Assembly: GCA_032654565.1 (NCBI GenBank) | Contig: JAULAX010000017.1 | Location: 352,001-416,000, forward strand | Reading direction: 5' to 3' | DNA: 64,000 nucleotides | From: Anaeromyxobacteraceae bacterium | GTDB lineage: Bacteria; Myxococcota; Myxococcia; Myxococcales; Anaeromyxobacteraceae | Shown here: positions 1-9,102 of the stretch, piece after piece | Layout of the letters: each line of letters begins with the position of its first letter | Numbering within the stretch: position 1 is the first letter of the stretch | The notes under the pieces: model-generated | The model's database searches: none | Told to the model about the DNA's origin: nothing | The model's input: the letters and a program-made list of their open reading frames with translations, nothing else | Program-made: the position numbers and the translations under genes

Positions 1-39
1 CCACTTCCACGCCGGCCCAGGCGCCGCCGAGCCGCCCCG

Positions 40-2970
40 GTGAGGTGGCCCCGGCCGGCCGCCGCCGCCTCGCTGGCACTGACGCTGGCACTGACGCTGG
101 CGCTGCTGGCTCCCGGGCCGGCGACCGCCCAGCCCTACGATCCCGACTACCGCTGGCGCACCATCGACACCCCGCACTTCCAGGTCCACTTCCACCAGGG
201 GCTGGAGGCGCTGGCCCAGCGGGCGGCGCGGGAGGCGGAGCGCGCCCACGCCCGCCTCGCCCCCCTGCTCGGCGACTCGCCGAAGCAGCGGACCCAGCTG
301 GTCCTCTCCGACGACACCGACGCGGCCAACGGCTCGGCCACCCCCCTCCCCTACAACACCATCCGCGTCTACGCGGTCCCGGCCGAGTCGGGGTCGGTGC
401 TCAACGACGAGCGCGACGGGCTCGAGGCGGTCATCACCCACGAGTACGTCCACATCCTGCACCTCGACAACATCGGCGGCATCCCGGCCCTGGTGAACGC
501 CGTGTTCGGCAAGATCTGGCCGCCCAACGGCCTGACCCCGGCCTGGCTGATCGAGGGGCTGGCGGTGGCGCACGAGGCCCCCGCCGGCGGCGGCGCTGGC
601 CGCAACGAGAGCGCCGTCTTCGACATGTACCTGCGCTCCCTGGTGCTGGAGCCGCCCGGCCTCCCGACGCTGGCCCAGGCCTCCAACCCGTACCTGGAGT
701 GGCCGCGCGGCACGCTGGTCTACCTGGTGGGCGGCCGGTTCGTGGCCTGGCTGGAGCAGCGCTCCGGCGTCGACCGGATGCGCGCCTTCCTGGCCGACCA
801 GGGCTCGCAGGTCTTCCCGTGGGCTCCCTCCTGGGCCGCCCAGCGCTGGTTCGGCGCCGACCTGCCCACCCTCTGGGACCAGTTCGCCGCCGAGCAGGCG
901 CGGCGCGGCGCGGCCCAGCTGGCCGAGGTGCGCCAGCGGCCGGTCACCCTTCCTTCGCCGCTCACCCGCCGCGGCGGGCTGATCGAGCGGCCGCGCTGGC
1001 TGCCGGACGGCTCCGGGCTGGTCTACCTGGACCGCGGCCTCGACGAGCGCCCCGGGCTGCGGCGGGTCTCGCGGGGCGGCCAGGACCTGGGCCGGGCGCT
1101 GGCGGTGGACCAGGACGGCACCTTCGCGCTCCGCTCGGCCAGCGAGGCGGTGGTGGCCAAGGGGCAGGTCTGGCACGAGTACCGGCGCTACGCCGACCTC
1201 TACCTCGCCGACCTGGACCGCGGCTGCGACCGGCGGCTCACCGACGGCGAGCGGGCCACCGACCCGGCCCTGACCCCGGACGGCGGCGCCGTGGTCTACG
1301 TGGCCCAGGCCGGCGGCGGCGAGCAGGCGCTGCGGCGGCGGCCGCTCGACGGTGGCCCGGCCGAGACCCTGCTGCAGCTCCCCGGCGCCTCGCTCTACGA
1401 GCCGGCGGTCTCGCCCGACGGGCGGCGCATCGCCCTGTCGGTGCAGCGCCACGGCCGGCGCGACCTGGCGCTGCTCGAGGACGGGGAGCTGCGCGAGCTC
1501 ACCAGCGACGACGCCCTCGACCGGGCCCCCAGCTGGTCGCCGGACGGCCGCTGGCTGCTCTTCACCTCCGACCGCGGCGGCGTCAACAACGTCTACGCCT
1601 GGGAGCGCGAGACCGGCGCCATCCGCCAGGTGACCAACGTGGAGACCGGGGCGCTGGAGCCGGCGGTCTCGCCCGACGGCGCCACCCTGGCCTTCGTCGG
1701 CTACTCGCGGCGCGGCCACGACCTCGCCACCATCCCCTTCGACCCCGCCAGCTGGCTCGACCCGGCCCCGGCGGCGCCGGCGCTGCCGCCCCCGGAGCCG
1801 GCCCCGGGCGAGGAGCTCCCCACCCGCCCGTACCAGGTCTCCGAGACCGTGACCCCCACCCTCTGGCTGCCCACCTGGAGCGCCGACGGCGCCGGGCAGA
1901 CCTACGGCATCTTCACCATGGGTGTCGACGCGCTCTGGCGCCACACCTGGCAGTTCGACGCCTGGGCCAGCCCCAAGGCCTCGACGGCGGGCTACGCCTT
2001 CTCCTACACCGGCGGCTGGTCCTGGCCGAGCCTCGACTTCTACTCGGCGCGCTGGGTGGCCGGGTCGCCGGGCTACCCGGATCGGCTGGTCTCGGCCTGG
2101 ACGCCGCTGGCGCCGGGCGCCACCTTCACCTTCACCCGGCTGGAGCGGGCGCTGGCCTTCCGCCTCGGCTGGACGCCGACCCGGATCGACTCGCTGGCCC
2201 CGGTGGTCCCCTCCGCCGGCGACCCGCCCGGCCGGCTCTTCGCCGACGGCCTGCTGGCCGAGGCGGCGCTCTCGGTGGCCTACGACGACACCCAGCGCTA
2301 CCCCCGCTCCATCTCCAGCGAGGAGGGGCGCCACCTGGCGCTGCGGCTGCGCTACGCCGACCGGACCACCGGCAGCGACTACGACCTGTGGCGGGCCCGC
2401 GCCTCCTGGTCGGAGTTCACCCGCGTCCCCTTCACCCGCCACGTGGTGCTGGCCACCCGGCTCTCCGGCGCCTTCAGCCACGGCTCGCTGGGCGGCTCGC
2501 CGCCCTTCTCGCTGGGCGGGATCCCGCCGGCCACGCTGCTCTCGCTGACGCCGCTGCAGGCCTTCTCGGCCTCCGACCAGCTGCGCGGCTACCCGGCCGG
2601 GCTCTTCGCCGGCAACGGCACCGTCTCGGCCAGCGTCGAGCTGCGCTTCCCGCTCTTCGCGCCGCAGCTGGGCTACTCCACCTGGCCGGTCTTCCTGCGC
2701 CGGGTCCACGGGGCGGTCTTCGCCGACCTCGGCGAGGCCTTCGTGCAGGGGACCGAGCGCGGCTACGCTGGCCCGGACTTCCACTGGGCCCGGCTGCGGG
2801 TGGGCGCCGGCGCCGAGCTGCGGCTGGAGACGGCGCTGGCCTACTGGCTGCTCACCGACGTGCGGGTCGGCGTGGCCCGCGGCCTCGGCAAGCCCCTCGG
2901 CGGCGTCAGCCCGACAGCGGACCCCTGGGCGGTCTGGCAGTGGTACGTGGTGCTGGGGCCGAGCTTCTGA
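40..2970 (+). CDS. Omp85/BamA-family outer-membrane protein with N-terminal HExxH peptidase-like domain and TolB/PD40 beta-propeller
   Basis: Signal peptide; THEYVH and WLIEGLA; repeated PxxSPDG motifs; C-terminal LRGY motif and terminal Phe. Confidence 0.8.
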   Translation: MRWPRPAAAASLALTLALTLALLAPGPATAQPYDPDYRWRTIDTPHFQVHFHQGLEALAQRAAREAERAHARLAPLLGDSPKQRTQLVLSDDTDAANGSATPLPYNTIRVYAVPAESGSVLNDERDGLEAVITHEYVHILHLDNIGGIPALVNAVFGKIWPPNGLTPAWLIEGLAVAHEAPAGGGAGRNESAVFDMYLRSLVLEPPGLPTLAQASNPYLEWPRGTLVYLVGGRFVAWLEQRSGVDRMRAFLADQGSQVFPWAPSWAAQRWFGADLPTLWDQFAAEQARRGAAQLAEVRQRPVTLPSPLTRRGGLIERPRWLPDGSGLVYLDRGLDERPGLRRVSRGGQDLGRALAVDQDGTFALRSASEAVVAKGQVWHEYRRYADLYLADLDRGCDRRLTDGERATDPALTPDGGAVVYVAQAGGGEQALRRRPLDGGPAETLLQLPGASLYEPAVSPDGRRIALSVQRHGRRDLALLEDGELRELTSDDALDRAPSWSPDGRWLLFTSDRGGVNNVYAWERETGAIRQVTNVETGALEPAVSPDGATLAFVGYSRRGHDLATIPFDPASWLDPAPAAPALPPPEPAPGEELPTRPYQVSETVTPTLWLPTWSADGAGQTYGIFTMGVDALWRHTWQFDAWASPKASTAGYAFSYTGGWSWPSLDFYSARWVAGSPGYPDRLVSAWTPLAPGATFTFTRLERALAFRLGWTPTRIDSLAPVVPSAGDPPGRLFADGLLAEAALSVAYDDTQRYPRSISSEEGRHLALRLRYADRTTGSDYDLWRARASWSEFTRVPFTRHVVLATRLSGAFSHGSLGGSPPFSLGGIPPATLLSLTPLQAFSASDQLRGYPAGLFAGNGTVSASVELRFPLFAPQLGYSTWPVFLRRVHGAVFADLGEAFVQGTERGYAGPDFHWARLRVGAGAELRLETALAYWLLTDVRVGVARGLGKPLGGVSPTADPWAVWQWYVVLGPSF

Positions 2971-3037
2971 GCGGTGCGGCGGCGGCGCGGCGGCGCCTTG
3001 CGGGGGCTGGCGGACTGGTGATAAACAGCGCCCCTTC

Positions 3038-3110
3038 GCCGACATAGCTCAGTTGGCAGAGCAGCTGATTCGTAATCAGCAGGTCCACGGTTCAAATCCG
3101 TGTGTCGGCT
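3038..3110 (+). tRNA. tRNA-Thr(CGT), CCA not encoded
   Basis: GCCGACA/TGTCGGC acceptor stem; GCTGA-TTCGTAA-TCAGC anticodon arm; CACGG-TTCAAAT-CCGTG T arm. Confidence 0.97.
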
Positions 3111-3129
3111 AACAGGGGCCAGAAGTTCC

Positions 3130-3173
3130 GGCGGTCACCGGTACCCGGTCGGGTGCGCTGGTGACCGCCTTTT
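3130..3173 (+). terminator. Intrinsic terminator after tRNA-Thr
   Basis: GGCGGTCACCGG...CTGGTGACCGCC hairpin followed by TTTT. Confidence 0.8.
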
Positions 3174-3269
3174 CATGCCGGGTTGGCACACGCTGGCCAG
3201 CACGTCGCTCGTCAGGTGAGAGACCGATCGCAGGTCCTCCTCACTCGCAGCGCCGGATGTCATCAAACG

Positions 3270-3293
3270 TGTGTGCCTATCCGGTTGGCTCCA
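3270..3293 (+). repeat. Left arm of 24-bp inverted repeat flanking the TA-like cassette
   Basis: TGTGTGCCTATCCGGTTGGCTCCA is the exact reverse complement of 4350..4373. Confidence 0.95.
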
Positions 3294-3317
3294 GGGTGTG
3301 CCCTCTCCGGAGGCGTG

Positions 3318-3346
3318 TTGCCCGCAGGGTTGCACGGTGCTACCTT
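3318..3346 (+). promoter_or_regulatory. Sigma70 promoter, probably leaderless, for the antitoxin gene
   Basis: TTGCCC-17 bp-TACCTT with TG extension; ATG 6 nt downstream. Confidence 0.6.
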
Positions 3347-3352
3347 TCAGTC

Positions 3353-3727
3353 ATGGGCCAGGCCGTGAAACTCTCTGATTCCTTGGTGGCTGACGCACGG
3401 GCGGCTGGGCTCGTCGCTGAGCGTTCGATTGCCGGCCAGATCGAATACTGGGCGCGCGTCGGCCGTGCGGTTGGCGGCGGCATGGATGTCGATGCCGCTC
3501 TACGACTCAAGCGGCGCGCAGACGGAATGTCCCTGGAGGAGGTTCTGGCTCCGCGGAGCGCCAAGGAGCGGCGCGAGTCCCTCCGGGCGTTCATGGCCAC
3601 CCAGCCGTTTCCGCACTTCGAGGGCGTCCCGGGGAAGAAGGGGGTCCTCGTCAAGGTGGATGCGGATGGCACCCGAACCCTGGGCCGCTTCGTCGGTCGC
3701 GACTTTCGCCCGATCGGGAAGAAGTGA
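3353..3727 (+). CDS. ParD-like (ribbon-helix-helix) antitoxin
   Basis: MGQAVKLSDSLVADAR...RSIAGQIEYWARVGR signature; GTGA overlap with the next gene. Confidence 0.75.
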   Translation: MGQAVKLSDSLVADARAAGLVAERSIAGQIEYWARVGRAVGGGMDVDAALRLKRRADGMSLEEVLAPRSAKERRESLRAFMATQPFPHFEGVPGKKGVLVKVDADGTRTLGRFVGRDFRPIGKK

Positions 3728-4305
3728 GCCTGGGCCACGTGGGCCCGCTGATGGTTATCGCCATCGCTGGGCCGAACGGCGCCGGCAAGTCTACTTTCTA
3801 CCTGAAGGAACTGGCGTCCGCTGGGTTCACGTTCGTGAATGCGGACGAGATCGCCAAGGCCGATCGGGTCGACGCCTATGAGGCGGCGCGGCGGGCGGCA
3901 CAGCAGCGTGATGACCTCGTTCGCGACAGAGAGAGCTTCGTGTTCGAGACGGTGTTCTCCGACCCCGTAGGGGAGAAGATCGACTTCCTGCTCCGCGCAG
4001 CCCGAGAGGGCTACGCCGTGGCGGTTGTCTTCATTGGACTCAACAGCCCGAAGCTGAGCGAGGAGCGGGTCGCAGCTCGCAGGATGGCCGGGGGTCACGA
4101 TGTGCCGACGGCCAAATTGAAGGCACGGTACGCGCGCACCATGAAGAACCTGGAGCGCGCGGTCCTCGTACTTCCGCGGGTCGACGTGTTCGACAACAGC
4201 GATCCGCTCGATCCCTATCGTAAGGTCGCCCAGTACCGACTCGGCCGGTTGCTTCACGCCTACGGGCCCTTGCCCGATTGGTTGCCCGGCGGACTGCGGC
4301 GTTAG
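3724..4305 (+). CDS. Zeta-toxin-like P-loop ATPase/kinase (COG4185-like)
   Basis: AGPNGAGKST, VNADEIA, FETVFS, RxxxGGHDVP and FDNS motifs. Confidence 0.8.
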   Translation: MSLGHVGPLMVIAIAGPNGAGKSTFYLKELASAGFTFVNADEIAKADRVDAYEAARRAAQQRDDLVRDRESFVFETVFSDPVGEKIDFLLRAAREGYAVAVVFIGLNSPKLSEERVAARRMAGGHDVPTAKLKARYARTMKNLERAVLVLPRVDVFDNSDPLDPYRKVAQYRLGRLLHAYGPLPDWLPGGLRR

Positions 4306-4349
4306 CGGTCGACTGCTGTCGGAGTCGGTCCGTGGGCGCCGATTCCAGG

Positions 4350-4373
4350 TGGAGCCAACCGGATAGGCACACA
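4350..4373 (-). repeat. Right arm of 24-bp inverted repeat
   Basis: TGGAGCCAACCGGATAGGCACACA. Confidence 0.95.
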
Positions 4374-4453
4374 AGCGTGACAACAACCCCTCGCGCCGGA
4401 TCCAGGCCCAGGCCCCGAGCCCACCCCGTCGGGAGGCCAACCGCCCGCCCCCC

Positions 4454-5953
4454 TCACCTCCTGGACGTCGCCACCTCGAGCCGCTTCCCCATGGCCTGCC
4501 TGAAGAAGGCGGCCTCGCGGGCCACGTCCCAGAGCTCCAGGTCGAGCGCGGCGCGCGCCCGCGCCACCAGCCGCACCCGGCCGTTGACCACCGAGGCCCG
4601 CAGCCCCAGCACCGACTGGGCGTGGCTGCGATCGAGGGCGTCGGCCACCCGCAGCAGCGCCACCAGCCGGCGCAGCAGCCGCAGCTGCCCCGGGGCCAGC
4701 CCCTGCAGGTCCGGCCGCCCCGCCTCCGGAGGCGTGCGCCGGTGGTACCGGGCCACCAGCGCCACCAGCTGCCGCTCCTGGTCGGAGAAGCCGGCCACGT
4801 CGGCGTTGGCCACCAGGTAGAGGGTGTGCTTGTGGTGGCGCTGCGGCGAGACCGCGTGCCCCACGTCGTGGAGCAGCGCCGCCGCCTCCAGCAGCCCCCG
4901 CGCCGAGGCCGGGAGCCGGTGCAGGTCGGCCAGCTGGTCGAAGAGCGCCAGCGACAGGCGCGTCACCTGCAGGGCGTGCCGCTCGTCGAAGCCGAAGCGC
5001 CGGCCCAGCGCCAGCACCGCCTCGGTCCGCCCCTCGGCCGCAGCCGCCGCCGCCGCCGGGGAGCGGCGGGCCAGGTCGCGCAGCACGCCGTTGCGCAGGC
5101 CGGTGCCGACGGCGCTGATGGCCTCCAGCCCGAGGTGGCGCATGCAGGCCTCGAGGATGACCGCCCCGGCCACGATGATCTCGGCCCGGCGAGGCTCGAA
5201 CTGCTTGCGCCGCTCGGCCAGGCTGCGGTCGGCCAGCTGGTCCACCATCCGCTCCAGCCGGCGCAGCGTCAGCCGCTTCGAGTCGGTGCCGGCGTCGACG
5301 ATGGCGTTGATGGTGCCGGAGGAGCCGAGCGCCACCCGCGGCCCGGGGAGCCGCCGTGGCAGCGCCTCGCGGAAGGCCTCGGCGGCGTAGGAGCGCATCA
5401 CCTCGAGCCGCTCGGCGGAGACCTTGCCGGCGGCGTCGAAGATCTCGGTGAGCCGCACCGCGCCCACCGCCACCGAGTGGAGCGTGGTGGGCTTCTCGCC
5501 CAGCCCGGTGGCCACCTCGGTGGAGCCGCCCCCGATGTCGACGAGCAGCGAGCGGGCCGACGGCGGGCGCCCCTCCAGCACCCCCAGGCAGATGAGCCGG
5601 GCCTCCTCGCGGCCGCTCACCACCTCCAGGTCGAGCCCGGCCTCCTCCCGGGCGCGCCGGACGATCTCGTCGCGGTTGCGCGCCTCCCGCACCGCCGCGG
5701 TGGCCACCGCACGCACCTTGGCCCGGTAGCGCCGGCAGAGCGCGGCGTAGCGCCGCAGCGTGGAGATGAGCCGGTTGGCCACCGGCTTGGCGATGGTCCC
5801 GCCGCTGAAGACCCCCTCGCCGGGCCGGACCGGATCTCGCTCCTGGTGGAGCGTCTCCAGCGTGCCGTCGGGGAGGGAGCGGACGATCTCCAGCCGGACG
5901 GCGTTGGTCCCCACGTCGATGGCGGCCAGGATCCGGTGGTGTCCATTCTTCAT
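4454..5953 (-). CDS. ppx: Ppx/GppA exopolyphosphatase with HD domain
   Basis: IDVGTNA, DIGGGSTE and LLHDVG motifs; divergent from ppk1. Confidence 0.9.
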   Translation of the reverse strand: MKNGHHRILAAIDVGTNAVRLEIVRSLPDGTLETLHQERDPVRPGEGVFSGGTIAKPVANRLISTLRRYAALCRRYRAKVRAVATAAVREARNRDEIVRRAREEAGLDLEVVSGREEARLICLGVLEGRPPSARSLLVDIGGGSTEVATGLGEKPTTLHSVAVGAVRLTEIFDAAGKVSAERLEVMRSYAAEAFREALPRRLPGPRVALGSSGTINAIVDAGTDSKRLTLRRLERMVDQLADRSLAERRKQFEPRRAEIIVAGAVILEACMRHLGLEAISAVGTGLRNGVLRDLARRSPAAAAAAAEGRTEAVLALGRRFGFDERHALQVTRLSLALFDQLADLHRLPASARGLLEAAALLHDVGHAVSPQRHHKHTLYLVANADVAGFSDQERQLVALVARYHRRTPPEAGRPDLQGLAPGQLRLLRRLVALLRVADALDRSHAQSVLGLRASVVNGRVRLVARARAALDLELWDVAREAAFFRQAMGKRLEVATSRR

Positions 5954-6081
5954 GTCGCCACAGTGTAACCCCCCGGCCTGACTGGTGTGAGGATCCCCTG
6001 CCGGGAAGCGAACTTCACCGGTTCGTCACACAAGGAGCGCCGCGCCCGGGCCGTCCCCGGGCCATACTCCCCAACGTCCCC

Positions 6082-8274
6082 ATGTCCTCCCCCACCTCCA
6101 CGCCGCCGGGCGCCGCCGAGCCGCCGCTCGACCCCGTCATCACCCGCGCCCTCGAGCTCCACGACCCCTCGCTCTTCCTCAACCGCGAGCTCTCCTGGCT
6201 GGAGTTCGACGCCCGCGTCCTCGAGGAGGCCCGGGACACCTCCCTGCCCATCCTGGAGCGGCTCAAGTTCCTCGGCATCGTCTCCTCCAACCTGGACGAG
6301 TTCTTCATGGTCCGGGTGGCCGGCCTGAAGCAGAAGATCGCCGGTGGGCTCACCGACGCCGCCGCCGACGGCCTGCTCCCCGCCGAGGTGCTCGAGGCCG
6401 TCGCCACCCGCACCCACGCGCTGGCGGAGCAGCTGGACCGGACCTGGCTCGACGAGATCGGGCCGGCGCTGGGCCGGGCCGGCCATCGGCTGGTGGCCCC
6501 CGCCGCCTTCTCCCCCCGGCAGGCCGAGGCCGCCCGGCTGCGGTTCACCCAGGAGGTCTTCCCCGTCCTGACGCCGCTGGCCGTCGACCCCGGCCACCCC
6601 TTCCCGCAGCTGCGCAACAAGTCGCTCAACGTGGCCCTGATCCTGCGGCGCGCCGGGCGCAAGCGGAAGCGGGACATGGAGGTGCTGCTGGCGGTGGTGC
6701 AGGTCCCCTCGGTGCTGCCGCGCCTCATCCGCCTCCCCTCCGAAGCCGGCGTCGAGCACGCCCTGCTCGACGAGGTCATCGCCGCCTACGCCGTCGACCT
6801 CTTCCCCGGCTTCACGGTGCTCCACGCCGCCGGCTTCCGGGTCACCCGCAACTGGGACCTGGAGATCGACGAGGAGGAGTCGGAGGACCTGGTCTCGGCG
6901 GTGCAGGAGGAGCTGCGCCGGCGCGATCGCGGCGCCGCGGTCCGGCTCGAGGTGGCCGCCAGCGCCGCCGACCCCATCGTCTCGGCGCTGGTCGGGGCCC
7001 TCAAGCTCGAGCCGGCCGACGTCTACCGGGTCACCGGCCCGCTCCAGGTGCAGGACCTGGCCCAGCTCGGCGACGCCGACCCGCGCCCCGAGCTGCGGCT
7101 GGAGCCCTGGACCGCGGTGCTCCCCAGGCCCTTCGAGGAGGGGACGCCGGTGCGTGAGGCCATCGCCGCTGGCGAGGTGCTGCTCCACCACCCGTACGAG
7201 GCCTTCGACCCGGTGGTCCGCTTCGTCGAGGAGGCGGCCGACGACCCGGACGTGCTGGCCATCAAGCAGACCCTCTACCGGACCAGCGGCGACAGCCCCT
7301 TCGTGCGGGCCCTCTCCCGGGCCGCCGAGAACGGCAAGCAGGTCACCGCCATCGTCGAGATCAAGGCCCGCTTCGACGAGGCCAACAACATCGCCTGGGC
7401 CCGCCGGCTGGAGGAGTCGGGGGTCCACGTGGTCTATGGCCTGCTCGGCCTCAAGACCCACTGCAAGGTGGCGCTGGTGGTGCGGCGCGAGGGGGCCCGG
7501 CTGCGCCGCTACATCCACCTCGGCACCGGCAACTACAACCCGCAGACCGCCCGGGTCTACACCGACCTCTCGCTCTTCTCGGCGGCGCCCGAGCTGGGCG
7601 AGGACGTGGCCAGCCTCTTCAACCTGCTCACCGGCTACGCCGAGCCGCCGCGCTGGAAGAAGCTGACGGTGGCCCCCTTCGGCCTGCAGGAGCGGATCAT
7701 CGAGCTGATCGGCCGGGAGGCCGACAAGGCCCGGCGCGGCGAGCCGGCGCGGCTGGTCGCCAAGATGAACTCGCTGGTGGACGCCGCGGTGATCCGGGCC
7801 CTCTACGCCGCCAGCCAGGCCGGCGTGGAGATCGATCTGCTGGTCCGCGGCATCTGCTGCCTGCGCCCCGGCGTGCCCGGCATCTCCGAGCGCATCCGCG
7901 TCACCTCGGTGGTGGACCGGTTCCTCGAGCACTCCAGGGTCTTCGTCTTCGGCGCCGGCGACAACCCCGACTGCCTGCTCTCCAGCGCCGACTGGATGCC
8001 GCGCAACTTCCACTCCCGGGTGGAGGTGATGTTCCCGGTCGAGGACAAGGCCATCAAGGCGCGGCTGGTCGGCGAGATCCTCGGCCTGCCGCTGCAGGAC
8101 CGGGCCCGGGCCCGCTGGCTCCAGCCCGACGGCAGCTCCCGGCGCGCCGACGGGGGGCCGGGGGCGCTGCGCAGCCAGCAGGCGCTCTGCGAGGCGGCCC
8201 TGGCCGGCCGCGGCCTGACCCGGCCCACCGTGCTGCGCCAGGCGCCGGCGCCCCGGACCGAGCCCACCACCTGA
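6082..8274 (+). CDS. ppk1: Polyphosphate kinase 1
   Basis: NRELSWL, NLDEFFMVRVAG, LHHPY, KTHCK and SADWMPRN motifs. Confidence 0.96.
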   Translation: MSSPTSTPPGAAEPPLDPVITRALELHDPSLFLNRELSWLEFDARVLEEARDTSLPILERLKFLGIVSSNLDEFFMVRVAGLKQKIAGGLTDAAADGLLPAEVLEAVATRTHALAEQLDRTWLDEIGPALGRAGHRLVAPAAFSPRQAEAARLRFTQEVFPVLTPLAVDPGHPFPQLRNKSLNVALILRRAGRKRKRDMEVLLAVVQVPSVLPRLIRLPSEAGVEHALLDEVIAAYAVDLFPGFTVLHAAGFRVTRNWDLEIDEEESEDLVSAVQEELRRRDRGAAVRLEVAASAADPIVSALVGALKLEPADVYRVTGPLQVQDLAQLGDADPRPELRLEPWTAVLPRPFEEGTPVREAIAAGEVLLHHPYEAFDPVVRFVEEAADDPDVLAIKQTLYRTSGDSPFVRALSRAAENGKQVTAIVEIKARFDEANNIAWARRLEESGVHVVYGLLGLKTHCKVALVVRREGARLRRYIHLGTGNYNPQTARVYTDLSLFSAAPELGEDVASLFNLLTGYAEPPRWKKLTVAPFGLQERIIELIGREADKARRGEPARLVAKMNSLVDAAVIRALYAASQAGVEIDLLVRGICCLRPGVPGISERIRVTSVVDRFLEHSRVFVFGAGDNPDCLLSSADWMPRNFHSRVEVMFPVEDKAIKARLVGEILGLPLQDRARARWLQPDGSSRRADGGPGALRSQQALCEAALAGRGLTRPTVLRQAPAPRTEPTT

Positions 8275-8286
8275 CCAAGGCCTGAG

Positions 8287-9051
8287 ATGACCACCCCTCC
8301 CTGGAAGACCGCCCTCGTCACCGGCGCCTCCAGCGGCCTCGGCCGCGGACTGGCGCTCTGGCTCACCCAGCGAGGCGTCCGGGTCTGGGCCGCCGCCCGC
8401 CGCGTCGACGCCCTCGCCGCGCTGCGCGCCGAGGCCGGCGAGCTGCTCACGCCGCTGCAGCTGGACGTGGCCGAGGCCGAGGCCACCTTCGCGCGGGTGC
8501 GGGACCTCGACGGCGAGGTCGGCGGGCTCGACCTGGTGATCGCCAACGCCGGCGCGGGGGAGAAGACCAACCCGCGCACGCTCGACTTCGCCTCCGTCAA
8601 CCGGATGATCCAGGTGAACGTGGCCGGCGCCTCGGCGACGCTCTGCGGCGCCCTCCCCGGCATGGTGGAGCGGCGGCGCGGCCACCTGGTGGGCATCAGC
8701 AGCATGGCCGGCCTGCTCCCCTTCCCGGGCAGCAGCACCTACTGCGCCAGCAAGGCCTACCTGCGCATGTTCCTCGACGGCCTCCGGCTCGACGTGACCC
8801 GGCACGGGATCGACGTGACCTCGATCCACCCCGGCTTCGTCAAGAGCGAGATGACCGACCAGAGGGAGAAGCGGTCCATGCCGTTCCTCATGGAGACGGC
8901 GCCGGCCGTGGCGCTGATGGGGCGGGCCCTGCTGCAGCGGCGCCAGCAGCTGCTCTTCCCGTGGCAGGTGAGCGTCCTGGTCCGGCTGGGGAGCGCGCTG
9001 CCCGGCCCCTGGTGGAACGCCCTGGCCAGGGTGAAGGCCAGGAAGCGCTAG
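8287..9051 (+). CDS. SDR-family oxidoreductase
   Basis: TGASSGLG, ANAG and YCASK motifs. Confidence 0.9.
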   Translation: MTTPPWKTALVTGASSGLGRGLALWLTQRGVRVWAAARRVDALAALRAEAGELLTPLQLDVAEAEATFARVRDLDGEVGGLDLVIANAGAGEKTNPRTLDFASVNRMIQVNVAGASATLCGALPGMVERRRGHLVGISSMAGLLPFPGSSTYCASKAYLRMFLDGLRLDVTRHGIDVTSIHPGFVKSEMTDQREKRSMPFLMETAPAVALMGRALLQRRQQLLFPWQVSVLVRLGSALPGPWWNALARVKARKR

Positions 9052-9102
9052 CCGACCGGCGCACCCGGGCCGGGAAGGCGAGCCGCCCAGCCCCCCAGCC
9101 GC

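Noticed and set aside
3184..3197. TGGCAC suggesting a sigma54 promoter
   Set aside because: GG-to-GC spacing is 9 nt rather than 10, and no gene follows directly.
3270..3293. The inverted repeat ends in TGGCTCCA, like a tRNA-Ala or tmRNA 3' end
   Set aside because: No T-arm can form upstream, and the two copies are inverted rather than direct, so it is not a tRNA att duplicate.
3135..3335. Short ORF with HTRLMT...SHLT, resembling an integrase C-terminus
   Set aside because: No catalytic Tyr and no GH motif; similarity too weak.
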